From Klebsormidium nitens (Eukaryota; Plantae; Klebsormidiophyceae): a stretch of DNA of 56,852 bases. A model generated the notes under the pieces. It was given only the letters and a program-made list of their open reading frames with translations. It was not told the origin of the DNA and made no database searches. Shown piece after piece: positions 23,430-37,100 of the stretch. The stretch covers positions 1-56,852 of the forward strand of contig DF237529.1 of NCBI GenBank assembly GCA_000708835.1, read 5' to 3'. The position numbers were made by a program, and so were the translations under genes. Position 1 is the first letter of the stretch. Each line of letters starts with the position of its first letter.

Positions 23430-26023
23430 AGATTCACTCCCAGCTATCTGAAGAGGTTATCTCCCTTGCTGGTTCAGTTAAAGACGTTCTTTCACTTGTT
23501 GAGGACAATGTTGCACTGCTGCTTGATATAGGGCCTGCTTTTCATTCATTTCTTAGGTCGGCAAAGTACTAGAGCTTATAGTGTCCTCTCATCTGTGGAA
23601 GTTTGAAGCAATATCAAATTAATCCGACCTCGTACCTTCGTCCAAATTGTCTTCTTGAGACAGAGCTGATGCCATGGAGTGACTTTTCTTCCTGCCAAGA
23701 TGGAAGAAGTGGTCAGCGCTGTCTTAGAGTGAGGGTTCACGTACACTGAACGATTTCTTTTAGATCAGGAGAAGCTGTGTACTTTTACATCAGCCCCATA
23801 CATTTCCCATCGCTTTCATGCAAGCAGCAACATTCGCTCAATGTTGCCTTTCCAGTGGTGCAACAATATTATCCACAAGCTATCCACTCCTTTGACCTTC
23901 GAACTAGCATACAAGCAACAAGGTTGAAAGTGACGTGAGAATTGAAATGATTTGTTCGATTGTGGTCTGACTACTGGACAGCAGCGGGCAGCTGCCAACT
24001 CGCTAGCTGAACGAGACATGCACCTATTTGGAAAGGACAGTTTCTAAGCTGAAGTTCGAAGCTGAGAACATTGCTCTTTTCCGACCTGCAGTCTCTTCTT
24101 TCTTCTCAGTCCACTGCTGAAAACTGTGGCGCTTCTCAAAAGGCTTTCTATCAGCTCTGTCTGCCAACATTTCAAACTCACCTCTCGGCATGGTCAGAAA
24201 CGGTGTCCAAATACATTGATTTGATGCCTCCGCTTCCATCATGCCCATCCGAAATGTCGACCAGAGTCCTTCTTGCTGTAGCTGTCAGACAGAGGCCTTT
24301 CGTCATTGTGACAATGACCACCTTTACAAGGGTTGGTGTTCCAAAACATGCATCAGGACCCTACACTGGTCAGTACAAAATGCTGCCGACCCTTGTTTGG
24401 TATTCTACCACCGATGCGTTAGCGTCAAGCCCAGCTTTGTTTCGCATGCATTGACGAAGAGGAGGAACCCCTCTTTGCTACCATTAATCGTCACTGAACA
24501 GACCCTTGCAGAATGTTCGAAGAGCGAGCAACTTCACTTCGTGATTCGGGCCACGGTCCATCAAAATGCAGTTTGATTGCCTTCCACCTCGCTTAGTTGC
24601 CGGCAAGGGCCATTCATAGAGAGGACACCATCGGATGGAGAGGGGTGGAGAAGCTAAATCGATTGTCTCCTGCAGCTTTATTCAGGTAGATCTGGCCTCA
24701 AATCTCTGCTAAGGTGCATTTGTACGGTCACAGACTCACAAATACGCAGAAGGTACATAGGAGTACACAAGTAATTTCCTGAGCGGTGAGGCTACAGATT
24801 GCTCGAGGCTCGCGCGTGCACCTTGGTGGTTTTGTGGCGTTTTCGATCAAAAGGCAGGTGGATCGAACGGTCTTCAATATGCGTGCCTATTTATCAACGG
24901 TGCAGTAGCTCTATGAGAATCTGCTGAGTGTGCCCGATGAAGCACCATGTGTGCAGCTTGTTCGTTGCCACGAGAAAAGGCTGAGCCTGTGCTTCATAGC
25001 AAAAAGACCTGTACATTTGAGCAGAATTCTCGCAGCACTGGCCGTTCTCTGATCCAGTCGTGGCTGTACAGTGTCCCGCAGGAAGGTGCAGGGGTTGCTC
25101 TGAAAAGTTTGACCCCAGGCGACCAGATCAGATGCAGGCATGTGCCTCAAAAGGAAGGCGAAATTGGATCAAAGCATGTCTATCAAGCAGGACTGAATGA
25201 GCTGAGCCAAATCAAGTGTATCCTATACCTCGTATTACAATCTTCCTTCGCATTTTGCAATTTAATGTCCTTGGGATGCAATGCAGGGCTTGAATCTAGG
25301 AAGGCAGAATGAGGTGGTACCATTCTGTGGCCGTTCTAAGTGAGTGATATATGGAAATAAGAGAGATTCTGTATCCAGCTTGACCTGAGCAGAAAGGTGC
25401 AAATTAAACGTTGTAGCGGCGATCTCCCAAAAGAGCGCCTGAAACAGCAAGTGGCAACCATCGTGAGGGACGATTGAGCTCTGCTTGCATCTGCTTCATA
25501 TCTAGACGTCGAAGCAGTCTGACGTCAAATACAATCAGGCAGAGCTGAACAACCTCTGCCAACCAGTGGCCTAGAAGAAAGGGGGCTTTATACGCCCTTA
25601 GGGCGAGGTGCTGAGCGTCCAGATCTCTGTCACAGAAAAGCAATTTGTGGGCCAAACTTGACAGGTTCTCTCTGGACGCCCAAGCTCTGTTCAGCTCATC
25701 CTCAGACATACATGGCAGCTTGGCATCATCTCGACACAATGTAAGTCAGCTTCTTTTGCCTTGGTCATGCATTGGTACGGTGATCCATTTTACTGAGCTG
25801 CAGTTTTATTGGGCCTGATGAAGGTTGGAAGGATCTTGCCTCGTTCAAAACGAGCCCGCCCCTCTGGCTTGATCATTGCATCTGTGCAAACAGGTGCAAT
25901 AGAGTTGATAAGTTGCATAGGCCTACTTAGATCCGAATCAGGTGCAGCTTCTCTGGAGACAGTACACAAACGCTGCCGGTGAAGCCATAGAGGTCAAGGT
26001 ACATATCCAGCGCTCCATTTTCC

Positions 26024-29000
26024 ATGCCTGGATTTTCGTAGAGCTTTGTATGTGTTGGCTTTCTTGAAGCAACCCAGCCTCTTCTCTCCTGCAGGGCTCT
26101 CAAAGCCTCTGCCCGCGGCCCCGCCCTCATACTCTTCACAGCGTTTGGCCTGCTCCTCACGGGGGCCGTCTTTCTGGTCTTCTCTACGGCTCTCTCCGCT
26201 GGAGTGCTCTCCCCTGCCCGCGCGCTCGCTTTCTCCCCTCACACGAACTTTCCATCGGTCTCCCTAGCTGGTTTGTTTATAACCACGCAACGTTCCAAGC
26301 TACCAGAAGCGCTCCAGGAGTCAGCCAATCAAGCAGAATTATCGCTAAGGAACGGGAGCGTAGCTGAGAGCACAGAGGCCGTCGATCTGATGCTCCCCTC
26401 AGATCCAAAGGCCAGGGTTGACATCCTTATCTCACAGTTAGATGAAGGAACTAGAGCGAAGACTGCTTTGGACCGCGGAGTTGCAGAAAGGAGTGAACGC
26501 TCCATTGCGCGGCTAAGGGGGTCCAAAGACGAATTGGTTGGAGCGCCAGCCAAAGCGTCTTCCGTAGCTGAGTTGACGGAGACCGCAAACCTGACCGATG
26601 AAGCAGTGCTAGAATCAGTGAAGAACTCCACTTTAGGGTCTGCTGGGGAGCTTAATCAAACCGATGAAATTAGCAAGAACGCGGTCAGCAATATGCTCAA
26701 CGGCCCTGACGCCGACGAGCTCTTTGAAGCCTACCTAAACGCAAAGGCGCTCGCCGTTGATCAGAAGACTGAGAAGGGACCCGTTTCTAAGATAGCGTTC
26801 TTATTCTTGACTCGGGGTCCCCTGTTCCATGAGCGCCTGTGGCAGCGCTATTTCGAGGGGAACGAGAATCGGTACTCGATCTACGTCCATGCATCAAAAG
26901 ATGGATTCGTGTACAACGAAACCACGTCTCAAGCGCAGGTCTTCCACGACCGGCAGATCAAGAGCATAAAGGTACGTCCTTCCTTGCTAGTGATCTGCCA
27001 GCTGTAAGCATTTGGCTACTACATGCGCTGACAATACTATATCGGTGGCAAATTGCGTCCGATTGAAAGCTACAACGGTTGTGCGTCCTTCTCGGACTAA
27101 GAATAATGAGAAGTCGGAAGATCTCCCAGCTGAGAGACCCTGGCCGCTACTTGCGCATATAAGCAGCAGTGGACTGTAAAGTTGAAGCTTAAGCAGCTGG
27201 CCCCCCTCCCCGACACCATGATTGAAGATTTACTCTAGGTTTTGCTTTATCGATTGGGCCCCTCTATTTTTTTGCCTGTACTCGGCGTTCTGTCAGATGT
27301 GTCCGTATTGGGTAACATCAACCGTCTACAGAAGCGGCAAAAGAACGCGCGTCTAGTACGTGACGGGAAAGAGCCCGAAGTGCTCCAAAACTGCGAAAAT
27401 CTATACCAACTTTGCCGAACCCCCATTTGTTTGCTTCGGAAGATAGATCGACAATGATGACCGTCTTCTGATGACGCTGGTGTGACATCTGCAGGTTACA
27501 TGGGGCGGCCTCAACATGGTGCGGGCAGAGAGGCGGTTACTGGCGCAAGCGTTGATCGATCGCAACAACGAGCGATTCGTCCTGGTTTCCGAGTCGTGAG
27601 TGTTACTGCTCAAGTTTCGATTCAAGTCCTTAACCCCTTGAGTAACGAGTACGACCGAATCGCCCACTAAAAGTGGCACAGAGGCCAAGAATATCGGCGC
27701 CTATCCTGATTGCATCGTCCTTTTCAAAAGCAAGAATGATGGAGCAGTCACAGGCACTCTGAGTTGCCTGACAGGAGAGTCGTTGCGATTGCTTTGGGTC
27801 CCGACAGGTTTTCTAGGCAGAATGTTGCTTGACTGCAACAACTTCGATAATACGAGCCAGAGGCTAGCTAAACTCCGAACGTGACCATTTTCAGGAGAGA
27901 TGCCGAAATGAAAACGGATCTCTGACCGAGCAAAGGTTTCTTTCAGGGGTTTGACGTTCAAACTCGCACGAAATGGTCTAGAACTCATTTGAAGAGCTAA
28001 TTCAAGTGCTACCCTTGACACTTGTTCTCTGTTTTCCAGGTGCATCCCCATCAGAAGCTTCGACTACACGTATAAGTACCTCTTTGAGCTGGACAAGAGC
28101 TTCATTTCCAGGTGCGTCCATCGCCTCCGGCCATTGCCGCTTAGCTTTATTTTTGAATTATTGCATCATTGTTCCAAAAAAGGATATTGATCCGCTAAGG
28201 TATTACGTTGTACAGAAGAATCAGATTTGCTCAGCAAAGCTGAGTCTCTTGCGGAGTTGGGTTCGCTCGGCGAAGCTGATTGTTCTGAAATGACACGGTC
28301 TGCTTGGCTGCGCTGAATATCCTGACACGATCTTCTCTGCTTAGCCGAGCACGATTTTTGCTCAGCCGAGCAGTGTTCGGAAGTCAAGATACTGATCCGC
28401 AAAGGTGTTTCGCGATAGAACGTTTTTTGACGCGTGTCTCCCATCCACAGCTTTCATACGACGTGGCGGTATAAAAACGGGTTTGGGCCGATCGTCCAAA
28501 AGCACCAGTGGCGGAAAGGGGCGCAGGCAAGAGACTCTCCGGCCAATCATTTCTTCCTGACACGTGGCAGTATTACGTTCTTCTTAGGATCTAATCAAGT
28601 ATCCAAGTACTGTGTACACACTGTTAACACAGACAGTGATGCCTGTTCCAAAGCTCCTGGAACGAGCGCATTGAGCGAGAGTAACAAGCCTCGCTTTCAT
28701 GTGAGTCCATGCTCTGCAATCCCTTGGTCGAAGATTCTTTCCAGGAAAGACTTAACCTCCTGAGACGTCAGCCCTTTGCCTCCTTAATGCGTCAGGCTGT
28801 GAGACCATTCCGCTTGAGACCATCCCGCTCTGAGAACACTCCGTTTTGACCTCTGCAACTCGAGATCATTACGGATGCTGCTTGGAGAAAGCTGGAATCA
28901 GACTCACAAGCAGGGCCTCGCCTCCGAATGCTAACCCTCCAAACCCTCGCGGCGCAGTGGTTTACGCTGACGCGGCCGCACGCGCGCCTGGTGGTGGGAG

Positions 29001-30597
29001 ATGCCGAAATGCTGAACCGTCTCCAGTCGTCGAAAGCACAGGTCAGTTGCTGACCTCATCATAGCTTCAAATCCGATTCCTTGTTCGCTACTGTGATCCA
29101 GCAAACGAATGCAGTCAGCGTGCGCTGTCGAGAAAGCGTTCTCGTAGTTCCTGATTGGTTTGAAGTTCAATAAGAAAGAAAGAGAGCGGAATGGATTGCG
29201 AACGGAACGGATGCGCCCGACGCAGAAGCGCACCGCTGAACAACGTTGGGGAATCACAAGAACTGAAAAGCGAGAGAAGGAATGAAGGAATATCAGCATG
29301 ACGTCATTGGCTTACGCTTCGTTCTGCTTTGGCTGCAGATCGCGGACGAGCATTACATTCAAACGTTACTGCCGGTGAGTCACCTCTCCACCCGACAAGC
29401 CTCCTACCAAGCCAAGTGCTCGTGCGCTTGAGGCTGCAACAAGCGATTGCACAAAGTGTGCCTAGAGTCTTGGCTTCGTTGTGGAAACAACGGCTGCTAG
29501 TCAATCTTCTTCCAGCAACCCCATTGTCTCCGCTTCCCAAATCAAAGCTGAGACTCTACAGAGGCCTGCATATACCGCTGTTTTGCGCAGCTAAGCAACT
29601 CATGCCGAGGAATCCTGTCTGCATCAGGGCGAATCAGATCCAAATTCTTTCCAATGCAGATGAAAGATTCCGAGGGCTTGGTGCCCCGCCCGGTTACTTA
29701 CGCGGCGTGGATGAAGCGCAAGGCGAGCCACCCACACACCTTCATCCGAAACATGACCAGCCTCGCTGCCATCCGGGAGATTCAGGTGACGCTTTAACAC
29801 CCTTAGCCTCTTTCTAAATGGAGATAAGGTGCAAGACAGCACTTGGCAGCTGGTTCCACACAAGCTTTCTTTTGAGAACCGTTGATACGACCGTGCTTGG
29901 CAGACTGAGGTGACAAACCTCATAGTCGTTATGGCCATGCCAAGTCACATTCGCGGAGGCGGCATTCCAAGTGCTTTCTGCGTGTATTTCTTTTTTGGAT
30001 ATTTCTGTATGCAAATTTCATGTCTCTTCTTAGCCTAGCCTGCCAGTGGCATATCCGTGTGCCCCAGATTTTCATGTCGTGCTGACAACAGATTTCTTAG
30101 AAGATGCCGCAAAAAATGGGGCCAACAAAATCAGCATGTAGCAAGATTGACATCTCGGTTGGCCTCGTTAGTTGGCTACGTGTTTCGTTCACCAAGCGCT
30201 TGCAGCCCTCGACCGCTTCTTGCAGAGCAATCAACGTTATCGGAGACTCAAAAGATTCACACTAATTACGGCGTGACGAAGGTCGCCTCTCAAAGCCTTT
30301 TGAGTCCTTCTCTTGGTATGATGGGGAACAATTCGACCTCGTTCCGTCTTTAGCACCGGCTGAGAGTCGTTCTTCCAACTCTCAACCCATATTTTTCCGC
30401 CGTCAAAGCAGGCCATGACTCGACCCGTGGAAGAAGACTCGTCGTACGGGAAGGGCAGGCACGTCTTCGACGAGTGCGCCGAAACGGGCACCCTCCGGCC
30501 GTGCTACCTGTTTGCACGGAAGTTCACCAAAGACACAACCAGGGTTCTGCTGCCGTTGGCGGACGAAATGTGGGCGGGACCGGAAAGCGGATCATGA
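26024..30597 (+). CDS. Core-2/I-branching beta-1,6-N-acetylglucosaminyltransferase family (GT14-like/DUF266, BC10-type), about 523 aa
   Basis: Exons 26024-26037 (start uncertain), 26095-26971, 27495-27595, 28040-28111, 28451-28526, 28958-29041, 29339-29374, 29660-29785, 30412-30597. Signal anchor LILFTAFGLLLTGAVFLVF. Family motifs KIAFLFLTRGPL, YSIYVH, V.WG..MV.AERRLLA.AL.D..NERFVLVSESCIP, WRKGAQWF, DEHY..TLL and CYLFARKF. Confidence 0.93.
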
Positions 30598-31197
30598 GAG
30601 GCTAGGCTAGAATAAAGGCCGGTTTAACATCGATTCATTGCGCTGCATGCCGCCTAAGCTGTGCATGGTAAAGCGCGCCCAATTGAGCTCTCTTAAGATG
30701 AGTGCCTGCAGCGCACGCGTAGAATAGTGTAATATAGACTGATATAGACAGTTATTCGAAACTTATAGTGATGAATTTTTTCACCTATTCAGGTAGTACT
30801 CAGTTAGGCCGCAGATCAACGCAAGCGGAAGCTGTTGCACGTTAGTCAAAGTCTTTGGGGGCAAAACTGTCAAAATCGCTCGTCATTACATCAAGAAAAC
30901 TCCGACGGTCTAGAACAATCGGCACCTGTTGGATCTAACAACGAAAGCTATCCATCATGATCAGGTAAAATTGACGAGACAACCAATCTGTGGCATGGTG
31001 TCTCATGTCAACATAGGCAGGCGCGGAAAAGCAGAGTCGAAGGCCAAACCAAGAGACTCCGTGAATCGCTCAATCACGGCCTATAAAGAGCGACTTACGC
31101 ATACTGTGCTTTTCTCAGTCCTTGTTCATGTCGCAGAATGCGTAGATCCCGGCCATAACATTTTGACCCTATAGATGCATGCCAGTCTTCTGAACTT

Positions 31198-34100
31198 CTA
31201 GCGGTTCTCTTGGCCACTAGGCCTTCTGGAACTGGCTGTCGACTTAGGACCCCCTGTTGCGTTGCTACTTCTGGCGGATCTTCCGCCAGACCCACTGGTG
31301 TCCTTCATGTTGGTCTTTGGTTTGAGCCAGTCCGCAACACCCTGCAAATACCCAGTCAGGACACTTCTTAGCTGCGCTTCGACGCTTGTGTTTCAAAGAT
31401 ACGAGTGTTGTCATACTTCTGGATATACAGATGGCCTTTGACCATTGGGGCCTTCCAAATTGAAGCAAATGAACCCTTCAGAAGCCTAAAAGGATCAACA
31501 AGGGGGCTGAATTTCACTCTGGATCCTGATGTTGAGATCCAGGCCAGAAGCTTACCAAGGCAGCTTACAGGGCTTACTTAAGTGTGAGTTTTCTGCAGCC
31601 ATAAGAAGCATGATGCGATCCAAACGTGTTTGTTTCGACCTTTCAACAGAACTGTATTGTACTTTGGTTGAATTTGTGGTGCATTGACTGTATCCACGTA
31701 TGGGACGGATGCCATCACTCTTGCACTCATTTCTTTCCTGATTTGCCGCATACATTCGTCAGAAAGGTGCTTTCAGCAACTCCTGACAAACTCAAATCAG
31801 GTCCCTCTTCTGCTAAAGCAGCTTTCAATCAATCCACATAAAAGCTCGTGCATGATCCGTTCTGGCGGAATTCCGCTCACCTGCTGCACGACCGGCGCGG
31901 CGCCGAACACCTTATTGTAGTTCTCCTCCCGGTTCAGCAGCTCCAGGCGCATTTTCTTGGTCGCATCGTATAGCTTATCGTACTTTTCGTCTTTCTGCGC
32001 GCACAGGTCCTCCAGCGCGCCAATGCGCGCCACGTCCTCCGGGCGGGGCTCGCGCGCCTCAAACCGCGCCTGCGCGCGCGCACATACAATCAGCGTCATC
32101 ATTCAGAAGGCTGCAAGGTACTGTTTCTCATGTACAGTCCTCTACGGAAGCTTTCGGCTTTGTAGACGAGAGGGAACCTCCTATACGTAGGAAGGTAAAC
32201 GCAAGCTTTTTACTTAAGCTCGGTCGGCCCTCGAAGAGAGAAAGGAGATGTTTGTCACGCTTAGCAATTCCATGGAAGAAAATGACCGGCCTCCTAGTTG
32301 GAGACAACAGGGAAGAGGAAGCTTTCAATGTCTCGGCGATGTTACTCCCCCACGATATCCACCTCAGCTGTCAAACGTCCCCACGCATCAATCACGAACT
32401 TTGCAAGCAACTGTTCCAAGCATCCGAAACTTTGAAAGTGACCGTAATTCTCCATCGAGCCTTCCACGCTTCGAGCCCCAGTCGCAACTCCTTCTGCTTG
32501 CGCGCGCGCGTTGCTGTGAGGAGTGAGAAACCCAAAAACTTCATCTTGAGCTCCTGAAACCTCCACATAAATTGCGAGAGTAAAAATCTCAATCTTTCCC
32601 GCATCAAGCGGCGCTTGCAGCTCCCCCTGGCCGCGCTCCATCGCAGCTTTCTCGCGCGCATTTTCTATCAGCACCGAAAACCATGGAAAGCTCGAAGTTG
32701 TAAGCCCCGGATCCTCCAAAAGATGCAAGAAAAGAAGGGCCCACCTTCCACGCGTCAAGCCGCGCTTGCAGCTCCTCCTGCCCGCGCTCCATGGCGGCTT
32801 TCGCGCCCTCGAAACCCTCTTGCAGCGCGCGCGTTTCCGCGAGGTTTTCGGTCATCAGGCGCTCGATCTCCGCGCGGTGCGCGGCCGTCAGCGCGGCCTC
32901 GGTCTGGCGCAGCTCGCGCTGGAAATCGCTTCTGAAGGGTCGGAAATATCTAGGTTAATGACAGGTTCAGGACTGGGAGAAGCGTTTGGAACGGGTCTCA
33001 GACGGGTTTAGGAAGGAGTTAATGACCATTTTCAACACCCTTCCAGGCCAAAATCCGCGTGACCCCGGCACGGTCTGGCGCAGCTCGCGCTGGAAGTCGC
33101 TCCAGGAGGGACATCAACCGGGTTTAAGAGGGGGTCCAAGACGTTTGTTAAGGCTGATATGAGTTAAGCCGGGTCTGAGACGGTTTAAAAAGAAAGGCAT
33201 TATCGAAGTCAACGCATTCTGGGTTGTAAGTTTGCGTGCCACCAACGCAGTCTGGCGCCGCTCGCGCTGGAAGCCGCTCCTGAACTTCGAATTGAACTCG
33301 GCTCATTGCGGGTTTTGATGCGAGCTATACGGGTTAAGGCTGGTCTAAGACGGGTTTGATAAGGGCTTTAGTACCATTTGCATCACGTCTACGTTGGTGA
33401 GCTTGCGTCTCACCAGCGCGGTCTGCCGGTATCGCCACCGGTAATGGCCCCTGGAAGACGGATTTTATAGTTTTCAGGCAAAATTTGGTCTGAATGCCGC
33501 CGGGTTATCGAGGCTGCGAAAGGTTGCGCCTCTCAAAATGCTGCGGCGCCGGCGGGATCTCTGATGAACGGAAAGCTTTCAACGCCATCCGATGCAATGT
33601 GGTTGGGGACAGGAGGGAAGTGGAAGTAAGAAGCAGGGTTCCTCACATTTTTTGGAAACAATTTCGTCTATTAAGTGCACGGAGTGGCCATATCCGCATC
33701 GACATGCCACTGCCCTGGATCCAGCGGTATCAGTGTAGTTTTTTATTATCTTTTTTTTTATTCTTTTTTCATGAATAAGGTACCAGCATTTCCCTTTCTA
33801 TGAATATCGACTCTGCAATACGAAGGAGTAAAGCAACAGTCTCATAGTAAAATGCTGGGCCATTGCGTACCTTGTCGTGACAAGATCGGCGTTCAGTTTC
33901 TGCATCTCCTTCTTGCCCCCAGCGAGCTCCATCTGCAGCTGCCGGTTCGCCGCTCCTACTTGCTGAATCATGTTCTCCTTCTCGTCGTGCTTCTTCTCTA
34001 GCGAGTCATGCGCGCGCCGCATCTCAGCGAGCGCGCGCTCGTGGCCCGCCTTCAGCTGCACGGCAGAAACGATTGCTTGGATCACGTTCTGGGGGGATAA

Positions 34101-37100
34101 ATGCTGCGAGATTTGTGATCTGAGGGAAAGGAAATTGCGCTCTTTCATGGTCTGCGGTGTGCTTTGTTTCCTGTGGGCGCGCGCTCTTGGTATCTGGGCT
34201 CCTTCAGCTACACGTAAACGGATGCGTGCTTTGAGGAAAGCATAAGGTCCTCGAGAAACGTCCTGGGTGAGTTTCCGAAGGCGAAGACGCGAAACCATAA
34301 CGACTTTCACAGAGAAAGGCGTCAGTTGCTGCGGGTGACTTGGTCCGTCACGCTGAACAGAATTTCAGTCCTCGTCAACGGCTCTGTTTTTGTTTCCCAT
34401 CATTAGCTTCATTGTTACCGTAGAGACATTGTCCATTCGCACAAAAATATTCCACTCTTAGGCCTTGCGAAAACAGTAAAACTACTTTCGATTTTGGCCT
34501 TGCGAAAAAAGTAAAACTACTTTTGATGCAGGTGCGAAAATGCGAATTAAAGATAAATCCCCAAAACCCAAAAAAAACGGCAAAAAGGCTTGAAAATCGG
34601 GGAAAACGAAAATTTTAATAAATTCGTCGATGCTGGTGCGAAATCGAAAACAGTTCAAAAATAAGTATTCGCACCAAGGTGGTGCGAATGGACAATGTCT
34701 CTACGGGTACTTGATGATATTGCAGCCCTACTTCTGACGCCCTCTAGAACCCAAACGGTGCGCGAAACATTGCGCCAGAAGCGGTGCAATATCGGGTCTG
34801 TCCGTAGCATTGACGCTGACTTGAAGCAGAGTCCAAGCAGACAAGCTATTTCAAAGTCCAAGCAGAAAATACATTTCAGAGTCCAAGCAGACAGAAGATT
34901 TCAGAGTCCAAGCAGACACGATATGTTAGGAGTGACCCACTCACGCTTTCGACCGCGGCAGCATGTGACGCCCGCAGCTCGTTGGCGACCTCCTCCTGTC
35001 GCCGCTCTGCGTCCGCCTTCGCTTCGGACAGGCGGGCGCTCCATTCGGACACCAGATTCGATACCTGCGTTCGTTGCCGCGAACATTTGTTTCTCATTTC
35101 AGCAGAAGGTTAGAAGATGCCTACTTGAGGAAACAATCTCCTCTTACTTTATCAGAAGACGATTCTGCAAAGAGACGAATCGGCTGAAACGAGGTCATTC
35201 GACGGATCCCGCTTGTCGCCCAAAGCGTGGAGATGTTGCAAATACCTCGAATTTGATAGTGTCTCGTGTTCCGTCTTACCAACCTTACGACCTTCCACTC
35301 CCGGGCCGCAAAGGACGCTTTCTACAGCTGGAAGAGTTCCTCACCTCTTCTTTCTGTTCCCGCCTCAGGGCAGACATCTCCGCCGCGTGCGCAGCTTCGT
35401 CCTTCCTTGCGTTCTCCAGTGTCTCCGCTTCGCGGTTCTGGAGCGTATCGGCGTGAGACGCTTTGAGGGCTTCGATTTCCCGTTGGGCACGTGACCCGAT
35501 GACCTGCAAACAAGATGATTTTGCGCTAGAAAGACTCCTTCATTCTGTCGGCCAGTCTCAAGTTCCGTTCAGGGGCGAGCGAACAGATCCTTAGTGATTG
35601 TAATCTAGCATTGATGGTGGGCATCAAATCGTGACCGCAGAATTCTCGACAACGTCGACACCCATGAAAAGTTCTCCAGAAGTGAGTGGCCCATGACACG
35701 CCATCTCTTAGGAGGAACTGAAGAATTTTCAAGATCTTGGTCAGCTTTTTTGGACTTCGTAATCTCTTTTCAAGGTATTTTAGATTCAGCGCAATCTCTA
35801 GCACCATTCACAGAAGACCAAATAAAGTTTGCACTCTTCCGTTGGAGCAACCTTGCCATACAGCCCAGAAACGCCAACAGGAAGAGCAAAGTCCTCCGCA
35901 CCTCTAGTTCCTCCTTGTGCCGCGCCTCCAACGCTTCCCGCGCGCCCTCCGCCTCCGCCTCGGCGGATGCCAGCGCGGCGGCGTGCTGACGTCGGATATC
36001 GTCAGCCTCGGCAGAGGCGCCTTGGAGCCGCGCCAAGAGCTCCTGCTCGCGGCCGGCCGCGGTTGACAGCTGGCGCTGCAGGACGGCCTGCTTTTCCGCC
36101 TCCTGCCAAAGTGGTCTTAGAAATGTGAATACAGAAGAGTTTGTCGAACGCATATTCATGAACTTTACGGTTTTGTGTTTCTCAGAGTTCTTGGCTTTCA
36201 GGACATTGGGTATCCCTTTCTACTTCATCGATTTGCCTGCTTCGCAAAGTCGACTTGATTCATAGCATGTCAACCGCTTAGGGTGGATCTGGGACGTCTT
36301 CGATCGCGGCAATACGAAGATAAGGAAACCATTGCCAGCCCCGACTGATTCAGCTCAGGACAGCTGGTAATCACATCATGCGAAAACTCCTAATGTCACA
36401 ACACCAAAGCGGTTGCCGGAGGAAACTTCAAGGATGGGAGCCCCTCGGTTAGTAAAGCCGACCAGTCTTCTTCAGAACCTACAATCAAGCCCTCCTAAAA
36501 CATCCTTCAAGTAGAGCCCGATGTCTGCCCATGACAAATTCAAGGTCTCACCTGCTCCGCCTGCATCTGCGCGCGCAGCTGGCGCACCTCGAGTGCGTGC
36601 TCCCGCGCGCTCGCCTCCACCGCCTGCTGCACTTGGTCCTTTGTCGCCCGTTTCCAGTCTTCCTCGCTTCTGCAACGGTGGCGATCCGCTAAACTCAGAG
36701 CTCAAAATGATAACGTATCATTGTGTCCAATTATCTCACTACTTTGATTTCGTCATATCAGACGTGAAAGTTTCAGTCAAGAAACTTTCTACAATCTCAA
36801 CGGACCAATGCTTTACCGCTGAAAAGTTCGGAGTTGCCGTTATTGCTTTTACGCGATGAGCTTTTTGAATCTAGAAGGTTTCAGGATCAGTTTGATTTAG
36901 TTGGAAATAATGAGCAGTACCGTACTCTCCGGTCTGATAATCTGGAACCGCCAAACAGACGTTACGGCAATGCCTCAAAAAGAAAACAAGGGCGAGATGC
37001 ACAAGCTACCTTTGCAGCGTCGTCTCGTACTCGTCTTTCGCCCGCCGCAACCGCTCCTCCGCAACCGCCCGCGCGCCCTCCATCTCCCTTTTCAGCTGAG

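Noticed and set aside
34695-35456. 253-aa plus-strand ORF
   Set aside because: It runs through the MITE end, a minisatellite and the antisense of FAM184 exons; shadow ORF.
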